Part shown: positions 17,861 to 28,010 of the stretch, one piece after another | How the letters are laid out: each line of letters opens with the position of its first letter | How positions within the stretch are numbered: the first letter of the stretch is position 1 | Assembly (NCBI GenBank): GCA_964574145.1 | Contig: CAZNKJ010000003.1 | Span: 4,787-68,786 of the forward strand | DNA: 64,000 nt | Origin: an uncultured Candidatus Saccharibacteria bacterium | GTDB lineage: Bacteria; Patescibacteriota; Minisyncoccia; Phycocordibacterales; CAZNKJ01 | Reading direction: 5' to 3' | Position numbers and translations under genes: made by a program | The notes under the pieces: generated by a model | What the model was told of the DNA's origin: nothing | Database searches by the model: none | Seen by the model: only the letters and a program-made list of their open reading frames with translations

Positions 17861-20800
17861 GTGTGTCGTTGTTGTATTTCAGGCTGTAAAAAAATAATGA
17901 CACACAAGAAAAATTTGGCGCTTCCACAAAAATTTTTTAGCAAATATAAAAAAGAACTTTCTCCTCTACCAAGCTTTGTAGATCCGCAGAGGGAGTCTTT
18001 TGCATGGTTTCTTAAAGAAGGACTAAAAGAAGTTTTTAAAGAGTTTTCTCCAATTTCTGATTATTCAGAAAAGAAATTTGAGCTTGAGGTTATTCGTTTT
18101 GATTTGGATAAACCAAAATTTGACGAATATTACGCAAAGGAAAATATGCTGACATATAATGTGTCACTTCGTGCTGTTGTAAAGCTTAAGAACAAAACTT
18201 TGGGTTCTGAAAAAGAGCAGGAAATTTTTCTTGCAGACGTTCCAATGATGACAGATCATGGAACTTTTATAATAAATGGTATAGAAAGAGTGATAGTGTC
18301 ACAGTTGGCTCGATCTTCCGGAGTGTTTTTCACAGCACAGGAGTTTAGAAATGATTCATATTTTGGAGCGAAAATTATTCCAGCGCGAGGGGCATGGATA
18401 GAGCTTGAAAGTGAGCCAGATGGAGCAATTTACGTAAAGATTGATCGTAAAAGAAAATTTCCAGCAACATCTCTTTTGCGTGTTTTGGGTGCGCATTTTG
18501 ATAGAGATATAATATCTCTATTTGAAAACATCCCAGGAGGGCGTCAGGTTATTAAAGACACTCTTGAGAAGGATGTGGCTACTAATCTAGATGAGTCATA
18601 TATAGAGATACACAAAAAATTAAGAGACGGAGATCCTGCTAGTATTGATAATGCAAAAGAGTTTATTAATTCAATTTTTAGCGGCGATCGATACGATTTT
18701 TCACGTGTTGGGCGGTATCATTTCAATCAACGATTTGGGAAAAGTATGGTTGATAAAGAGCTAGAGCGTCGTACTTTTTCTCTTGATGATTTAGTTATTA
18801 TTTTAGGAGAAGTCATTCGTCTTAATAGAACTCCAGGATCAAAGCCTGATGATATAGATCATTTAGGTTTTAGACGTGTGCGTTATATGGGTGAAATGCT
18901 TCAGCAAAAAGTGCGCGTTGGTCTTTCTCGTATGAAGCGTAATATTCAAGATCGTATGTCTACCGTTGATATAGAAACAACCTTACCAGTACAGTTTATC
19001 AATCCTCGACCTCTACAAGCCTCCATTAAGGAATTCTTCACTACCAACCAGCTCTCACAATTCATGCAACAGCAGAATGTGTTAACAGAATTAGAACATT
19101 TACGAACACTCTCTGCGCTTGGTCCCGGAGGACTAACAAGAGAAAGAGCGGGTTTTGAGGTTCGAGATGTTCATCCTTCTCATTACGGACGATTATGTCC
19201 AATACACACTCCAGAAGGTCCTAATATAGGACTTATTCTGCATCTAGCAACACACGCACGTCTTAATTCATTTGGGATGATTGAAACTCCATATGCTCGA
19301 GTAAAGGGAGGTAAAATTACTGGAGAAATAGAGTATTTAAATGCTCATGCAGAGGAGAAATATAGTATAGCCCATGCAGCAACTGAGTGTGATAAAGATG
19401 GACGTATTGTATTGGAGATGGTAGAAGTTCGTATTAAGGGAGAGCCAAGTTTGGTTAATCGTAATGATGTTCATTTTATGGATGTTGAGACAAATCAACC
19501 TTTTTCTATAGCTACTTCAATGATTCCTTTTGTTGAGAATGATGATGCAAACCGAGCCCTTATGGGTTCTAATATGCAGAAACAAGCTACTCCTTGTCTT
19601 TTACCTGAGGCTCCTCTTGTAGCTACAGGAATTGAAGGTAGGGCTGCTCGTGACACAGGGCGATTGATAATTTCTGGAGAAGATGGAGAGATTTCTTCTG
19701 TAGATGCTTCTCATATAGTTCTTAAGAATAAAGACGGAAAAGAGAGAGAGTATAAAATGGTCACATTTTCCCGCACAAATGATATGTCTTCTTCTCATCA
19801 ACGCCCTTTGGTTTCAAAAGGCGACAAGGTGAAAAAAGGCGACATTCTTGCTGATACGTCTTCAACTGACCAGGGACAAATAGCATTGGGACAGAATGTC
19901 AGGGTGGCTTTTATGTCTTGGTCAGGATCTAATTACGAGGACGCCATTATTATCTCAGAGAGACTAGTTAAGGATAATAAATTTACAACTCTTCATCTAG
20001 AAGAATTTAGTGTTAATGTTCGTGACACTAAGTTAGGACCTGAAGTGACCACTTATGACATTCCTAACGTGGGAGAAGCTAAACTAAAAGACCTTGATGA
20101 AGAGGGAATTATTAGAATTGGCGCTGAGGTACGTCCTGGAGATATTTTGGTTGGAAAAGTTACTCCCAAAGGAGAATCACAATTAACACCAGAAGAGAGG
20201 CTTCTGCGTTCTATTTTTGGAGAAAAGGCGAAGGATGTAAAAGATTCTTCCATGCGACTTGAGGGAGGGAAACGAGGACGTGTTATTGGTGTTAAGATTT
20301 TTTCTAGAGAAGCTGGACATAATTTAGATTCTGGAATTATTAAGCGTATACATGTGACTGTTGCTGAATTACGAAATGTTTCAGTTGGCGACAAGCTTGC
20401 AGGACGGCATGGAAACAAGGGTGTTATTTCTCGGATTCTTCCTGAGGAAGACATGCCGTATAACAAAGACGGAGAACCTATTGATCTTATTTTAACTCCT
20501 CTAGGAGTTCCATCTCGAATGAATCTCGGTCAGATTCTCGAGCTTCATTTGGGACTTGCTGCACACACACTTGGGTATCAAGCGATAGTTCCTCCATTTG
20601 CTGGTGCTTCAGAAGATGAAATTCGGAAGGAGCTTGTATTAGCTGGATTGTCAGATAGTGGGAAAATGACGTTATATGATGGTCGTACCGGAGATAAGTT
20701 TGAGCAGGATATAGCAGTTGGGTATATGTATATTTTGAAGCTACATCATATGGTTGAAGATAAGATACATATGCGTTCAATAGGTCCGTATTCACTTATT

Positions 20801-21091
20801 ACACAACAACCATTGGGAGGTAAGGCTCAGGGAGGAGGCCAACGTTTTGGAGAGATGGAAGTATGGGCTCTTCTGGGGTATGGTGCCGCTTATACTTTAC
20901 GTGAAGTTCTTACTATAAAGTCTGATGATATCGTAGGACGTTCTGCTGCATTTGATTCTATTGTTAAGGGAGAGAGGTTGTCTAAACCGCATACGCCCGC
21001 CGCGTTTAATGTGCTTTTGAATAATCTTCGTGGCTTAGCGCTTGATGTTGAATTAAAAAAATTAGAAGAAGGAGAAGACGATAACTATTAA
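17861..21091 (+). CDS. rpoB: DNA-directed RNA polymerase subunit beta
   Basis: Full-length RpoB. GTG start 6 nt after AGGAGG; an alternative ATG is at 17897. Confidence 0.95.
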   Translation: MCRCCISGCKKIMTHKKNLALPQKFFSKYKKELSPLPSFVDPQRESFAWFLKEGLKEVFKEFSPISDYSEKKFELEVIRFDLDKPKFDEYYAKENMLTYNVSLRAVVKLKNKTLGSEKEQEIFLADVPMMTDHGTFIINGIERVIVSQLARSSGVFFTAQEFRNDSYFGAKIIPARGAWIELESEPDGAIYVKIDRKRKFPATSLLRVLGAHFDRDIISLFENIPGGRQVIKDTLEKDVATNLDESYIEIHKKLRDGDPASIDNAKEFINSIFSGDRYDFSRVGRYHFNQRFGKSMVDKELERRTFSLDDLVIILGEVIRLNRTPGSKPDDIDHLGFRRVRYMGEMLQQKVRVGLSRMKRNIQDRMSTVDIETTLPVQFINPRPLQASIKEFFTTNQLSQFMQQQNVLTELEHLRTLSALGPGGLTRERAGFEVRDVHPSHYGRLCPIHTPEGPNIGLILHLATHARLNSFGMIETPYARVKGGKITGEIEYLNAHAEEKYSIAHAATECDKDGRIVLEMVEVRIKGEPSLVNRNDVHFMDVETNQPFSIATSMIPFVENDDANRALMGSNMQKQATPCLLPEAPLVATGIEGRAARDTGRLIISGEDGEISSVDASHIVLKNKDGKEREYKMVTFSRTNDMSSSHQRPLVSKGDKVKKGDILADTSSTDQGQIALGQNVRVAFMSWSGSNYEDAIIISERLVKDNKFTTLHLEEFSVNVRDTKLGPEVTTYDIPNVGEAKLKDLDEEGIIRIGAEVRPGDILVGKVTPKGESQLTPEERLLRSIFGEKAKDVKDSSMRLEGGKRGRVIGVKIFSREAGHNLDSGIIKRIHVTVAELRNVSVGDKLAGRHGNKGVISRILPEEDMPYNKDGEPIDLILTPLGVPSRMNLGQILELHLGLAAHTLGYQAIVPPFAGASEDEIRKELVLAGLSDSGKMTLYDGRTGDKFEQDIAVGYMYILKLHHMVEDKIHMRSIGPYSLITQQPLGGKAQGGGQRFGEMEVWALLGYGAAYTLREVLTIKSDDIVGRSAAFDSIVKGERLSKPHTPAAFNVLLNNLRGLALDVELKKLEEGEDDNY

Positions 21092-21100
21092 TATTTTACT

Positions 21101-24100
21101 ATGCATAATTCTTCCGATAAACCGAATACAAGACCGTATGCTAAACGAGATAGTATAGACACTTTTGATGCTGTTACTATACGTATAGCATCTCCAGAGC
21201 GCATACTTGAATGGTCATATGGAGAAGTGACTAAGCCTGAGACTATTAACTACAGAACACAGCGTTCTGAGAAGAACGGTCTTTTTGATGAGCGTATTTT
21301 TGGTCCAGAGCAGGACTATGAGTGTTCTTGTAAGAAATATCGTGGCGTACGTTATAGAGGAATTGTGTGTGAAAAGTGTGGGGTTGAGGTAACGCGGTCT
21401 ATCGTTCGCCGTGAACGCATGGGGCATATTAAACTGGCAACACCAGTGTCTCACATCTGGTTTTTGCGTGGCATTCCTTCACGAATAAGTCTTCTTTTAG
21501 GTATTTCTGCTACTGAGGTTGAGAAGGTTATCTATTTTGCTGGTTACATAGTTACTTCATTAAATGAAGTTGAAAAACAAAAACTACTTAAAGAACTAGA
21601 TCAAGAATATAAAACTAAAGTAAAAGATGCTAAAGATGATAAGACAAAAACTCATCTTAAAGAACTTTTGCTTTCAACAAAGAAGGATATTGAAAGTTTG
21701 ACCCCAGGACGTGTTCTAGATGAAGTAGATTACCATAAATTTTCTGTTAAGTATGGTATTTTGTTTGAGGCTTCTATCGGTGCAGAAGCTATCTATGATA
21801 TTTTAAAGAAACTTGATTTAAAGAAGTTTGAAATAGAACTTCTTGAATCACTTGAGAAAGCAGGATCGGTTGAGCGTGTAAAACTTAATAAACGACTTTC
21901 ATTGGTACGTGGGATGGTATCTTCGCACACTCGTCCAGAATGGATGTTTTTAACAGCTGTACCTGTGATACCACCAGCGTTGCGTCCAATGGTTCCTCTT
22001 GAAGGTGGCAGACATGCAACTTCGGATGTAAATGATTTATATAGACGTGTCATTAATAGGAACAATCGTCTAAAAAAACTTTTGGATATAGGAGCTCCAG
22101 ATGTTATTTTGCGAAATGAAAAACGAATTCTTCAAGAAGCTGTAGATGCTCTTCTTGATAACTCTATACGACACGGTAACACTGCTTTTTCTGCGATGAG
22201 TCAGGCCCAGCGGCGTCCGTTGAAGTCAATATCTGATTACTTAAAGGGTAAACAGGGGTATTTTCGACAGAATTTGTTAGGAAAACGAGTAGATTATTCT
22301 GGGCGTTCTGTTATTGTGGTTGGTCCAACTCTTTCTCTTGATGAATGTGGGCTTCCAAAACATATGGCTCTTGAGCTTTTTCGGCCTTTTGTTATAGCGA
22401 AACTACTTGAAAAAGAGCTAGCATATAATATACGTGGCGCTGGGCGTTTAATTGACGAAGGTATTCCAGAGGTGTGGGCAATACTTGAAGAAGTAATAGA
22501 AGGGAAATACGTTCTCTTAAACCGCGCTCCTACACTTCATCGGCAGGGTATGCAGGCATTTCGTCCTACCTTAATTGAGGGAAATGCTATACAAGTACAT
22601 CCTTTAGTATGTCCTGCCTTTAATGCGGACTTTGATGGTGATCAAATGGCTGTTCATGTGCCCCTTTCAGAAGAGGCTCAGTATGAGGCACGGGAAATAA
22701 TGTCAGCGAATAAAAATATATTAAAGCCTGGAAACGGAGAAGTTGTTACAGCCGCGCGGCATGACATTATTCTTGGATGTTATTGGATGACACGTATTAT
22801 TGAAGGAGAAAAAGGAGAAGGTAAATTTTATCCAACTCCGAATAATGCCATTACGGCATATGATTTTGATGCAATTGGTTTTCGTACAAAAATTAAAATT
22901 CTTCCTACGGATAGTCTAAAGTATAAGGAGTTCAATGGAAAAATCTTTGAAACATCTGTCGGGCGACTATTGTTTAATTCAGTTTTGCCAAAAGAATTCC
23001 CATTTATTAATGATGAAATGACAAACAGAAAGATGACTGCCTTGGTAGATCGTCTGATTGGTGAATATGGTTTAGATGGTATCCCAAATATTCTTGATAA
23101 AATTAAAGCATTTGGTTTTAAGTATGCAACACAATCTGGTATAACGTGGAGTATTTCGGATATAAATGTTCCAGAAGGAAAAGGAAAGGTTATTGAAAAG
23201 GCTCATAGTGATAGTCTGTTGATACTGGAACAGTACAATGAGGGTTTGCTTTCTGAGGAGGAGAAAAAGAGGATAAATATAGAAATTTGGCAAAAAGCAA
23301 AAGCTGAGGTTGAACAACTGGTATCTGAATCTTTAGATGAGTTTGGCTCAGTTCATGATATGTTGGCTTCTGGCGCGCGTGGGTCTCTCAGTCAGATTGT
23401 TCAGATGTCAGGCATGAAAGGTCTCATAGCTTCAACACGAGGAGAGACTATTGAATTTCCGATTATTGCTTCAATGAAGGAGGGTTTAACCCCCATTGAA
23501 TATTTTATTACTACGCATGGATCTAGAAAAGGTCTTGCTGATACAGCGTTGCAAACTGCAAAAGCAGGGTATTTAACACGGCGACTCTTTGATGTGACTC
23601 AAGATGTCATTGTTTTGGAAGATGATTGTGGTACTAAGGTTGGAACTCTAATTGGTCGACGAAATACATTTGGTATGGAGGTACCTTTGGTTAAAAGTAT
23701 TCGAGGGCGTTATCTTAATGCTCCCGCTAAGGATAGAGATGGAAAAATTCTATTTTCCAAAGGACACTTTCTTTCTTTGGAAGATGCAGAGAAAATAGAA
23801 TCATCTGGTATTGAAGAAGTGTCAGTTCGTACCCCAATGGCGTGTAAATCAACGGCTGGAATTTGTAAGACTTGTTATGGAGCGGATCTAACCACTATGG
23901 AGCCAGTCTATCTCGGTGAGGCGGTAGGTACTGTAGCCGCACAAGCTATTGGTGAACCTGGAACACAGCTAACTATGCGTACTTTCCATGCTGGAGGGAC
24001 CGCGTCTGTTGGAGGAGATATTACGCAAGGACTACCGCGTGTTGAGGAGATTTTTGAAAAACGAATTCCTAAAAATGCTGCTGCCATAGCTCGTATATCA

Positions 24101-24817
24101 GGAGTAGTTTCTGAAATAAGAAAAGAAGGACAAGATAGGATTATTATTCTTACTCCGGATGTTAGTGAGAAAACGGCTGGTAAAAGTAAAAAGAATATAG
24201 AATACCCAGTACATTTTCGCAGGATGATTCTTGTAAAAATTGGAGATAATGTAGAAAAAGGTGATTTGCTTACAGATGGATCTGCGGAAATCCCAGCACT
24301 CTTTAAGTATGCTGGTCGTGAGTGTGCTCAGGAATACATTATAGGTGAGATTAGTAAAATCTATGAACTTCAAGGGGCTTCTATTTCACGAAAACATATA
24401 GAGGTTATTATTAAGCAAATGTTTTCTCGACGTAAAATCAAATCTCCTGGCGATACTTCATTTACTACTGGAGAGGTTGTTGAAGAACGTGAGTTTGTTG
24501 AAGAAAATATACGTGCTGAAGAGAACAAAGATGAACCTGCAACAGCAGAAGAGCTTGTATTAGGGATAACGGAGGTGTCTCTTTCTCGTAAAAGTTTTCT
24601 TTCTGCAGCTTCGTTTCAACATACAACAAAAATACTTATTAACGCTGCTGTTCGTGGAAGAGTTGATAAATTACGAGGGTTGAAAGAAAATATTATTATT
24701 GGACGTTTGATTCCTGCTGGAACGGGGTATAGCAAAAGCCCTAAAGCACAAAAAATAGCAGATCTTCAGAAGGAGCTTGATAACAAAGGAACTACTCAAA
24801 CCAAGGAAGTAGGATAG
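21101..24817 (+). CDS. rpoC: DNA-directed RNA polymerase subunit beta'
   Basis: Zn-finger CSCKKYRG...CEKCGVEV, the NADFDGD catalytic motif and full RpoC length. Confidence 0.95.
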   Translation: MHNSSDKPNTRPYAKRDSIDTFDAVTIRIASPERILEWSYGEVTKPETINYRTQRSEKNGLFDERIFGPEQDYECSCKKYRGVRYRGIVCEKCGVEVTRSIVRRERMGHIKLATPVSHIWFLRGIPSRISLLLGISATEVEKVIYFAGYIVTSLNEVEKQKLLKELDQEYKTKVKDAKDDKTKTHLKELLLSTKKDIESLTPGRVLDEVDYHKFSVKYGILFEASIGAEAIYDILKKLDLKKFEIELLESLEKAGSVERVKLNKRLSLVRGMVSSHTRPEWMFLTAVPVIPPALRPMVPLEGGRHATSDVNDLYRRVINRNNRLKKLLDIGAPDVILRNEKRILQEAVDALLDNSIRHGNTAFSAMSQAQRRPLKSISDYLKGKQGYFRQNLLGKRVDYSGRSVIVVGPTLSLDECGLPKHMALELFRPFVIAKLLEKELAYNIRGAGRLIDEGIPEVWAILEEVIEGKYVLLNRAPTLHRQGMQAFRPTLIEGNAIQVHPLVCPAFNADFDGDQMAVHVPLSEEAQYEAREIMSANKNILKPGNGEVVTAARHDIILGCYWMTRIIEGEKGEGKFYPTPNNAITAYDFDAIGFRTKIKILPTDSLKYKEFNGKIFETSVGRLLFNSVLPKEFPFINDEMTNRKMTALVDRLIGEYGLDGIPNILDKIKAFGFKYATQSGITWSISDINVPEGKGKVIEKAHSDSLLILEQYNEGLLSEEEKKRINIEIWQKAKAEVEQLVSESLDEFGSVHDMLASGARGSLSQIVQMSGMKGLIASTRGETIEFPIIASMKEGLTPIEYFITTHGSRKGLADTALQTAKAGYLTRRLFDVTQDVIVLEDDCGTKVGTLIGRRNTFGMEVPLVKSIRGRYLNAPAKDRDGKILFSKGHFLSLEDAEKIESSGIEEVSVRTPMACKSTAGICKTCYGADLTTMEPVYLGEAVGTVAAQAIGEPGTQLTMRTFHAGGTASVGGDITQGLPRVEEIFEKRIPKNAAAIARISGVVSEIRKEGQDRIIILTPDVSEKTAGKSKKNIEYPVHFRRMILVKIGDNVEKGDLLTDGSAEIPALFKYAGRECAQEYIIGEISKIYELQGASISRKHIEVIIKQMFSRRKIKSPGDTSFTTGEVVEEREFVEENIRAEENKDEPATAEELVLGITEVSLSRKSFLSAASFQHTTKILINAAVRGRVDKLRGLKENIIIGRLIPAGTGYSKSPKAQKIADLQKELDNKGTTQTKEVG

Positions 24818-24883
24818 AATTTTCTTTGTTGGCCAGTCGTCTATAAGTTTTTGTGTTTAAGTGGGTGTAACAGATGAAAGTTC

Positions 24884-26605
24884 ATGTCTACTCATGTGGA
24901 GCAAATTAAAGAAAGGTTGGGTATTGTAGATGTAGTGTCTTCCTATATAAAGCTTGAAAAAGCAGGAGCAAATTTCCGTGCCAGATGTCCCTTCCATAAT
25001 GAAAAGACACCTTCTTTTTTCGTGTCTCCTTCCAGAAGCTCTTATTATTGTTTCGGATGTGGTGTAAAAGGAGATATTTTTAGTTTCGTAGAAGGTTTTG
25101 AAGGTACCGATTTCAAGGGAGCGCTAAAGACTCTTGCAAAGCGCGCTGGTGTTGAGCTAGCACCAATTAATAAAAAAGACGAAGATCGAAGGGCGCGTTT
25201 GTTCAATGCCTTGGAAGACGCAACTTTATTTTTTGAAAAAAATCTACAAACTTCTAAAGAAGCGCATTCATATTTGCTTAGTCGAGGTATTACAAAAAAT
25301 ACTATTACAACATGGCGTCTAGGATATGCATTACCTGAATGGAGGTCACTATATTCATATCTTACTAACAAAGGATATACAGAGAAAGAGCTCTTAGAGG
25401 CTGGTCTTATAAAACGTTCGGAAAAGGGTAGTGGTTATTACGATAGGTTTCGTGGTCGAGTAATGTTTCCTATTATGGATGCAGCCGAGCGTGTGATTGC
25501 ATATTCAGGACGAATACTTCCAGATAAAGGAAATTCTGAATATAAAGAGGATTCAGCAAAATATATAAACAGTCCAGAAACGGATTTATATGAAAAATCT
25601 AGAGTATTGTATGGGTATAGTTTTGCTAAAAATACAATACGAAAACATAATTTTTCCATTTTAGTTGAAGGGCAAATGGATGTAGTTCTTTCAAACCAAG
25701 CAGGATATACGAATACAGTAGCGGTTTCAGGCACAGCCTTAACGGCAGATCAGCTTTTACTTATTGCGCGTTTATCCAATAATGTTGTTGTTGCTTTTGA
25801 TGGTGACGTGGCTGGGATTTCAGCAGGAGGGCGTGGTATTGATTTAGCTCTTTCTAGAGGGATGGATGTTAAGGTGGCAGCATTAGAGAAAGGGAAAGAT
25901 CCAGCAGATCTAATAAAAGAAGATGTAGATATTTGGAAACAGGCTGTACGGTCTGCAAAGCATGTAATAGACTTTTATCTTGAGTATTTAAGTGGGATAC
26001 ATACTGATATGCGCAAGTTGCGTCTTGCTGTGGAAAAAATAGTAATTCCGTATGTTACGCATATACCAAATAAAATTGACCAAGCTCATTTTGTGGGAAA
26101 CATAGCCTCAAGTCTTAAAATAGCTGAAGAACCTGTTTGGGATTCTGTACGATCTTTTGACAAGGTACGAAATACTTCTGAAGAAGTCATAAAGACTAAC
26201 ACAAATAAAGATCTAATTTCTCGTCCAGACCTTATAGAAAAACGTTTGTTATCTGTACTTCTTTGGCAGGAAGGTTTAACAGAAGATGAACGAAATCTAG
26301 ATATAGAAAAATTGCGTTTGAGACTCTCTGAGATAATAGGAGAAGAATTCCTTAAGGAAAAAATTAGAGACTTCATAGATATGGGAGATGGTTATTTGTT
26401 TGAAATAGAGAGGTTGTATGGTGAGATAGAAAATCTTGAAAGAGAAGTGGAGGAACTATGTTCTGGGCTTAGTGCGGAGCGCTTAAAAGACGATTATCGT
26501 TCAGCTCTAAAGGATTTAAAAGTAGCTGAAGAAACAGGGGATACCAAGGTAGTTGAAAAAGCGTTAAAGCGCTGCCGAGAGCTGTCTGAGATGTTGCGCA
26601 CGTGA
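24884..26605 (+). CDS. dnaG: DNA primase
   Basis: CHC2 zinc finger CPFHNEKTPSF...CFGCG and a Toprim domain (EGQMDV, DGDVAG). Confidence 0.9.
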   Translation: MSTHVEQIKERLGIVDVVSSYIKLEKAGANFRARCPFHNEKTPSFFVSPSRSSYYCFGCGVKGDIFSFVEGFEGTDFKGALKTLAKRAGVELAPINKKDEDRRARLFNALEDATLFFEKNLQTSKEAHSYLLSRGITKNTITTWRLGYALPEWRSLYSYLTNKGYTEKELLEAGLIKRSEKGSGYYDRFRGRVMFPIMDAAERVIAYSGRILPDKGNSEYKEDSAKYINSPETDLYEKSRVLYGYSFAKNTIRKHNFSILVEGQMDVVLSNQAGYTNTVAVSGTALTADQLLLIARLSNNVVVAFDGDVAGISAGGRGIDLALSRGMDVKVAALEKGKDPADLIKEDVDIWKQAVRSAKHVIDFYLEYLSGIHTDMRKLRLAVEKIVIPYVTHIPNKIDQAHFVGNIASSLKIAEEPVWDSVRSFDKVRNTSEEVIKTNTNKDLISRPDLIEKRLLSVLLWQEGLTEDERNLDIEKLRLRLSEIIGEEFLKEKIRDFIDMGDGYLFEIERLYGEIENLEREVEELCSGLSAERLKDDYRSALKDLKVAEETGDTKVVEKALKRCRELSEMLRT

Positions 26606-26615
26606 TATATAAATA

Positions 26616-27935
26616 TTGGATCAATTTATTAGAACAGTTAATTATTTTTTTAAAGATATGGTAAAGAAAAAAAGTAAGAATAAAAAAAAGGTGGTAAAAA
26701 AGAGCTTAGTAAAGCGGACTTCTTCTGTACGTACAAAAAAAACAAAAACTAAACCAAAATCAAAGAAAAAAGTATCTCTAAAGAAAAAACCTCGTTCTTC
26801 ACATGTTAAGAAAGCTAGTTCAGTAAAGAAAAAAACAACAAAAAAGAAAGTTGATAAACGAGCCAGATTGCTTGAAGAAAAAGCAAAACGTTTGATGGCA
26901 AAAGGGCGAGAGCGTGGTTATGTGACATATGATGAGATTCTTAAAGAGTTTCCCACAATTGAGGAAAATATTGTTTTTCTTGAAGATCTTTATGAACGAT
27001 TCAATGTTGCCAGTATAGACGTTTTGGAAGGCGGAGGTTTATTGGATAGCTCAGATTCTAAACCTGTACGCAAGAATGAGTATCGTAGAGGAGAATCTGT
27101 ATCCACTCATGATTCAATCCAAATGTATTTACGCGAGATAGGCCAATATCCTTTGTTGGTGGCCCAAGAAGAGCGAGATCTAGCTAAACGAATTACAGAG
27201 GGTGATTTTGAGGCGAAAAACTTGCTTGCTCGTGCGAACTTACGCCTCGTTGTATCAATTGCAAAACGTTATGTAGGAAGAAGTCCCGACTTAACTCTCC
27301 TTGACCTAATACAGGAAGGAAATATAGGTTTATTTAAGGCGGTTGATAAATTTGACTACACAAAAGGGTATAAGTTCTCAACATATGCAACGTGGTGGAT
27401 TCGTCAAGCTATTACACGAGCTTTAGCCGATCAATCTCGGACGATTCGTATACCAGTACATATGGTTGAGACTATTGCAAAGTATAAGCAGGTAGTACGA
27501 CGTCTTTCTCAAGATCTTGGCCGTGATCCTCTTCAGGAAGAGATAGCTACTGAGATGGGGGTTGACGTTGAAAAGATTTACAATATTGAAAAGATTAATC
27601 AAGATACTATTTCTCTTGAAAATCCTGTTGGAGATAGTGATGATGAAAAATCCACACTAGGTAATTTTATTAAGGATGACAAAATTCCTTCTCCAGATCA
27701 AGAATCTTCACGAAGAATCTTAGCAGATCAGATAGATGAAATTTTAAATGATCTGTCTCCAAAAGAACGCAAAATCTTAGCATTACGAAACGGTCTTGAG
27801 GATGGTATTTATCATACCCTTGAAGAAGTTGGACAAGAGTTTGGTGTAACACGTGAACGTATCAGACAGATTGAAGCAAAAGCATTGGAGAAAATTCGTA
27901 CTCACGGCAAATCTGGTCGCCTAAAGAATTATTAA
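26616..27935 (+). CDS. rpoD: RNA polymerase sigma-70 factor with a lysine-rich N-terminal extension
   Basis: Regions 2-4 recognisable ([13 protein letters not shown]; C-terminal helix-turn-helix). The N-terminal ~90 aa is K-rich low-complexity. Confidence 0.9.
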   Translation: MDQFIRTVNYFFKDMVKKKSKNKKKVVKKSLVKRTSSVRTKKTKTKPKSKKKVSLKKKPRSSHVKKASSVKKKTTKKKVDKRARLLEEKAKRLMAKGRERGYVTYDEILKEFPTIEENIVFLEDLYERFNVASIDVLEGGGLLDSSDSKPVRKNEYRRGESVSTHDSIQMYLREIGQYPLLVAQEERDLAKRITEGDFEAKNLLARANLRLVVSIAKRYVGRSPDLTLLDLIQEGNIGLFKAVDKFDYTKGYKFSTYATWWIRQAITRALADQSRTIRIPVHMVETIAKYKQVVRRLSQDLGRDPLQEEIATEMGVDVEKIYNIEKINQDTISLENPVGDSDDEKSTLGNFIKDDKIPSPDQESSRRILADQIDEILNDLSPKERKILALRNGLEDGIYHTLEEVGQEFGVTRERIRQIEAKALEKIRTHGKSGRLKNY

Positions 27936-28010
27936 TCGAATAACAGAAGTCTGGTTTTTGACGGTTATAAGATTTTCAATCTTTATTTTTGTGTATGTTA
28001 TTATAGCTAT

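Noticed and set aside
19601-24373. Antisense ORFs inside rpoB and rpoC (e.g. 20053-20466, 21793-22065, 24098-24373).
   Set aside because: Embedded in universally conserved genes, with low-complexity translations. Frame artefacts.
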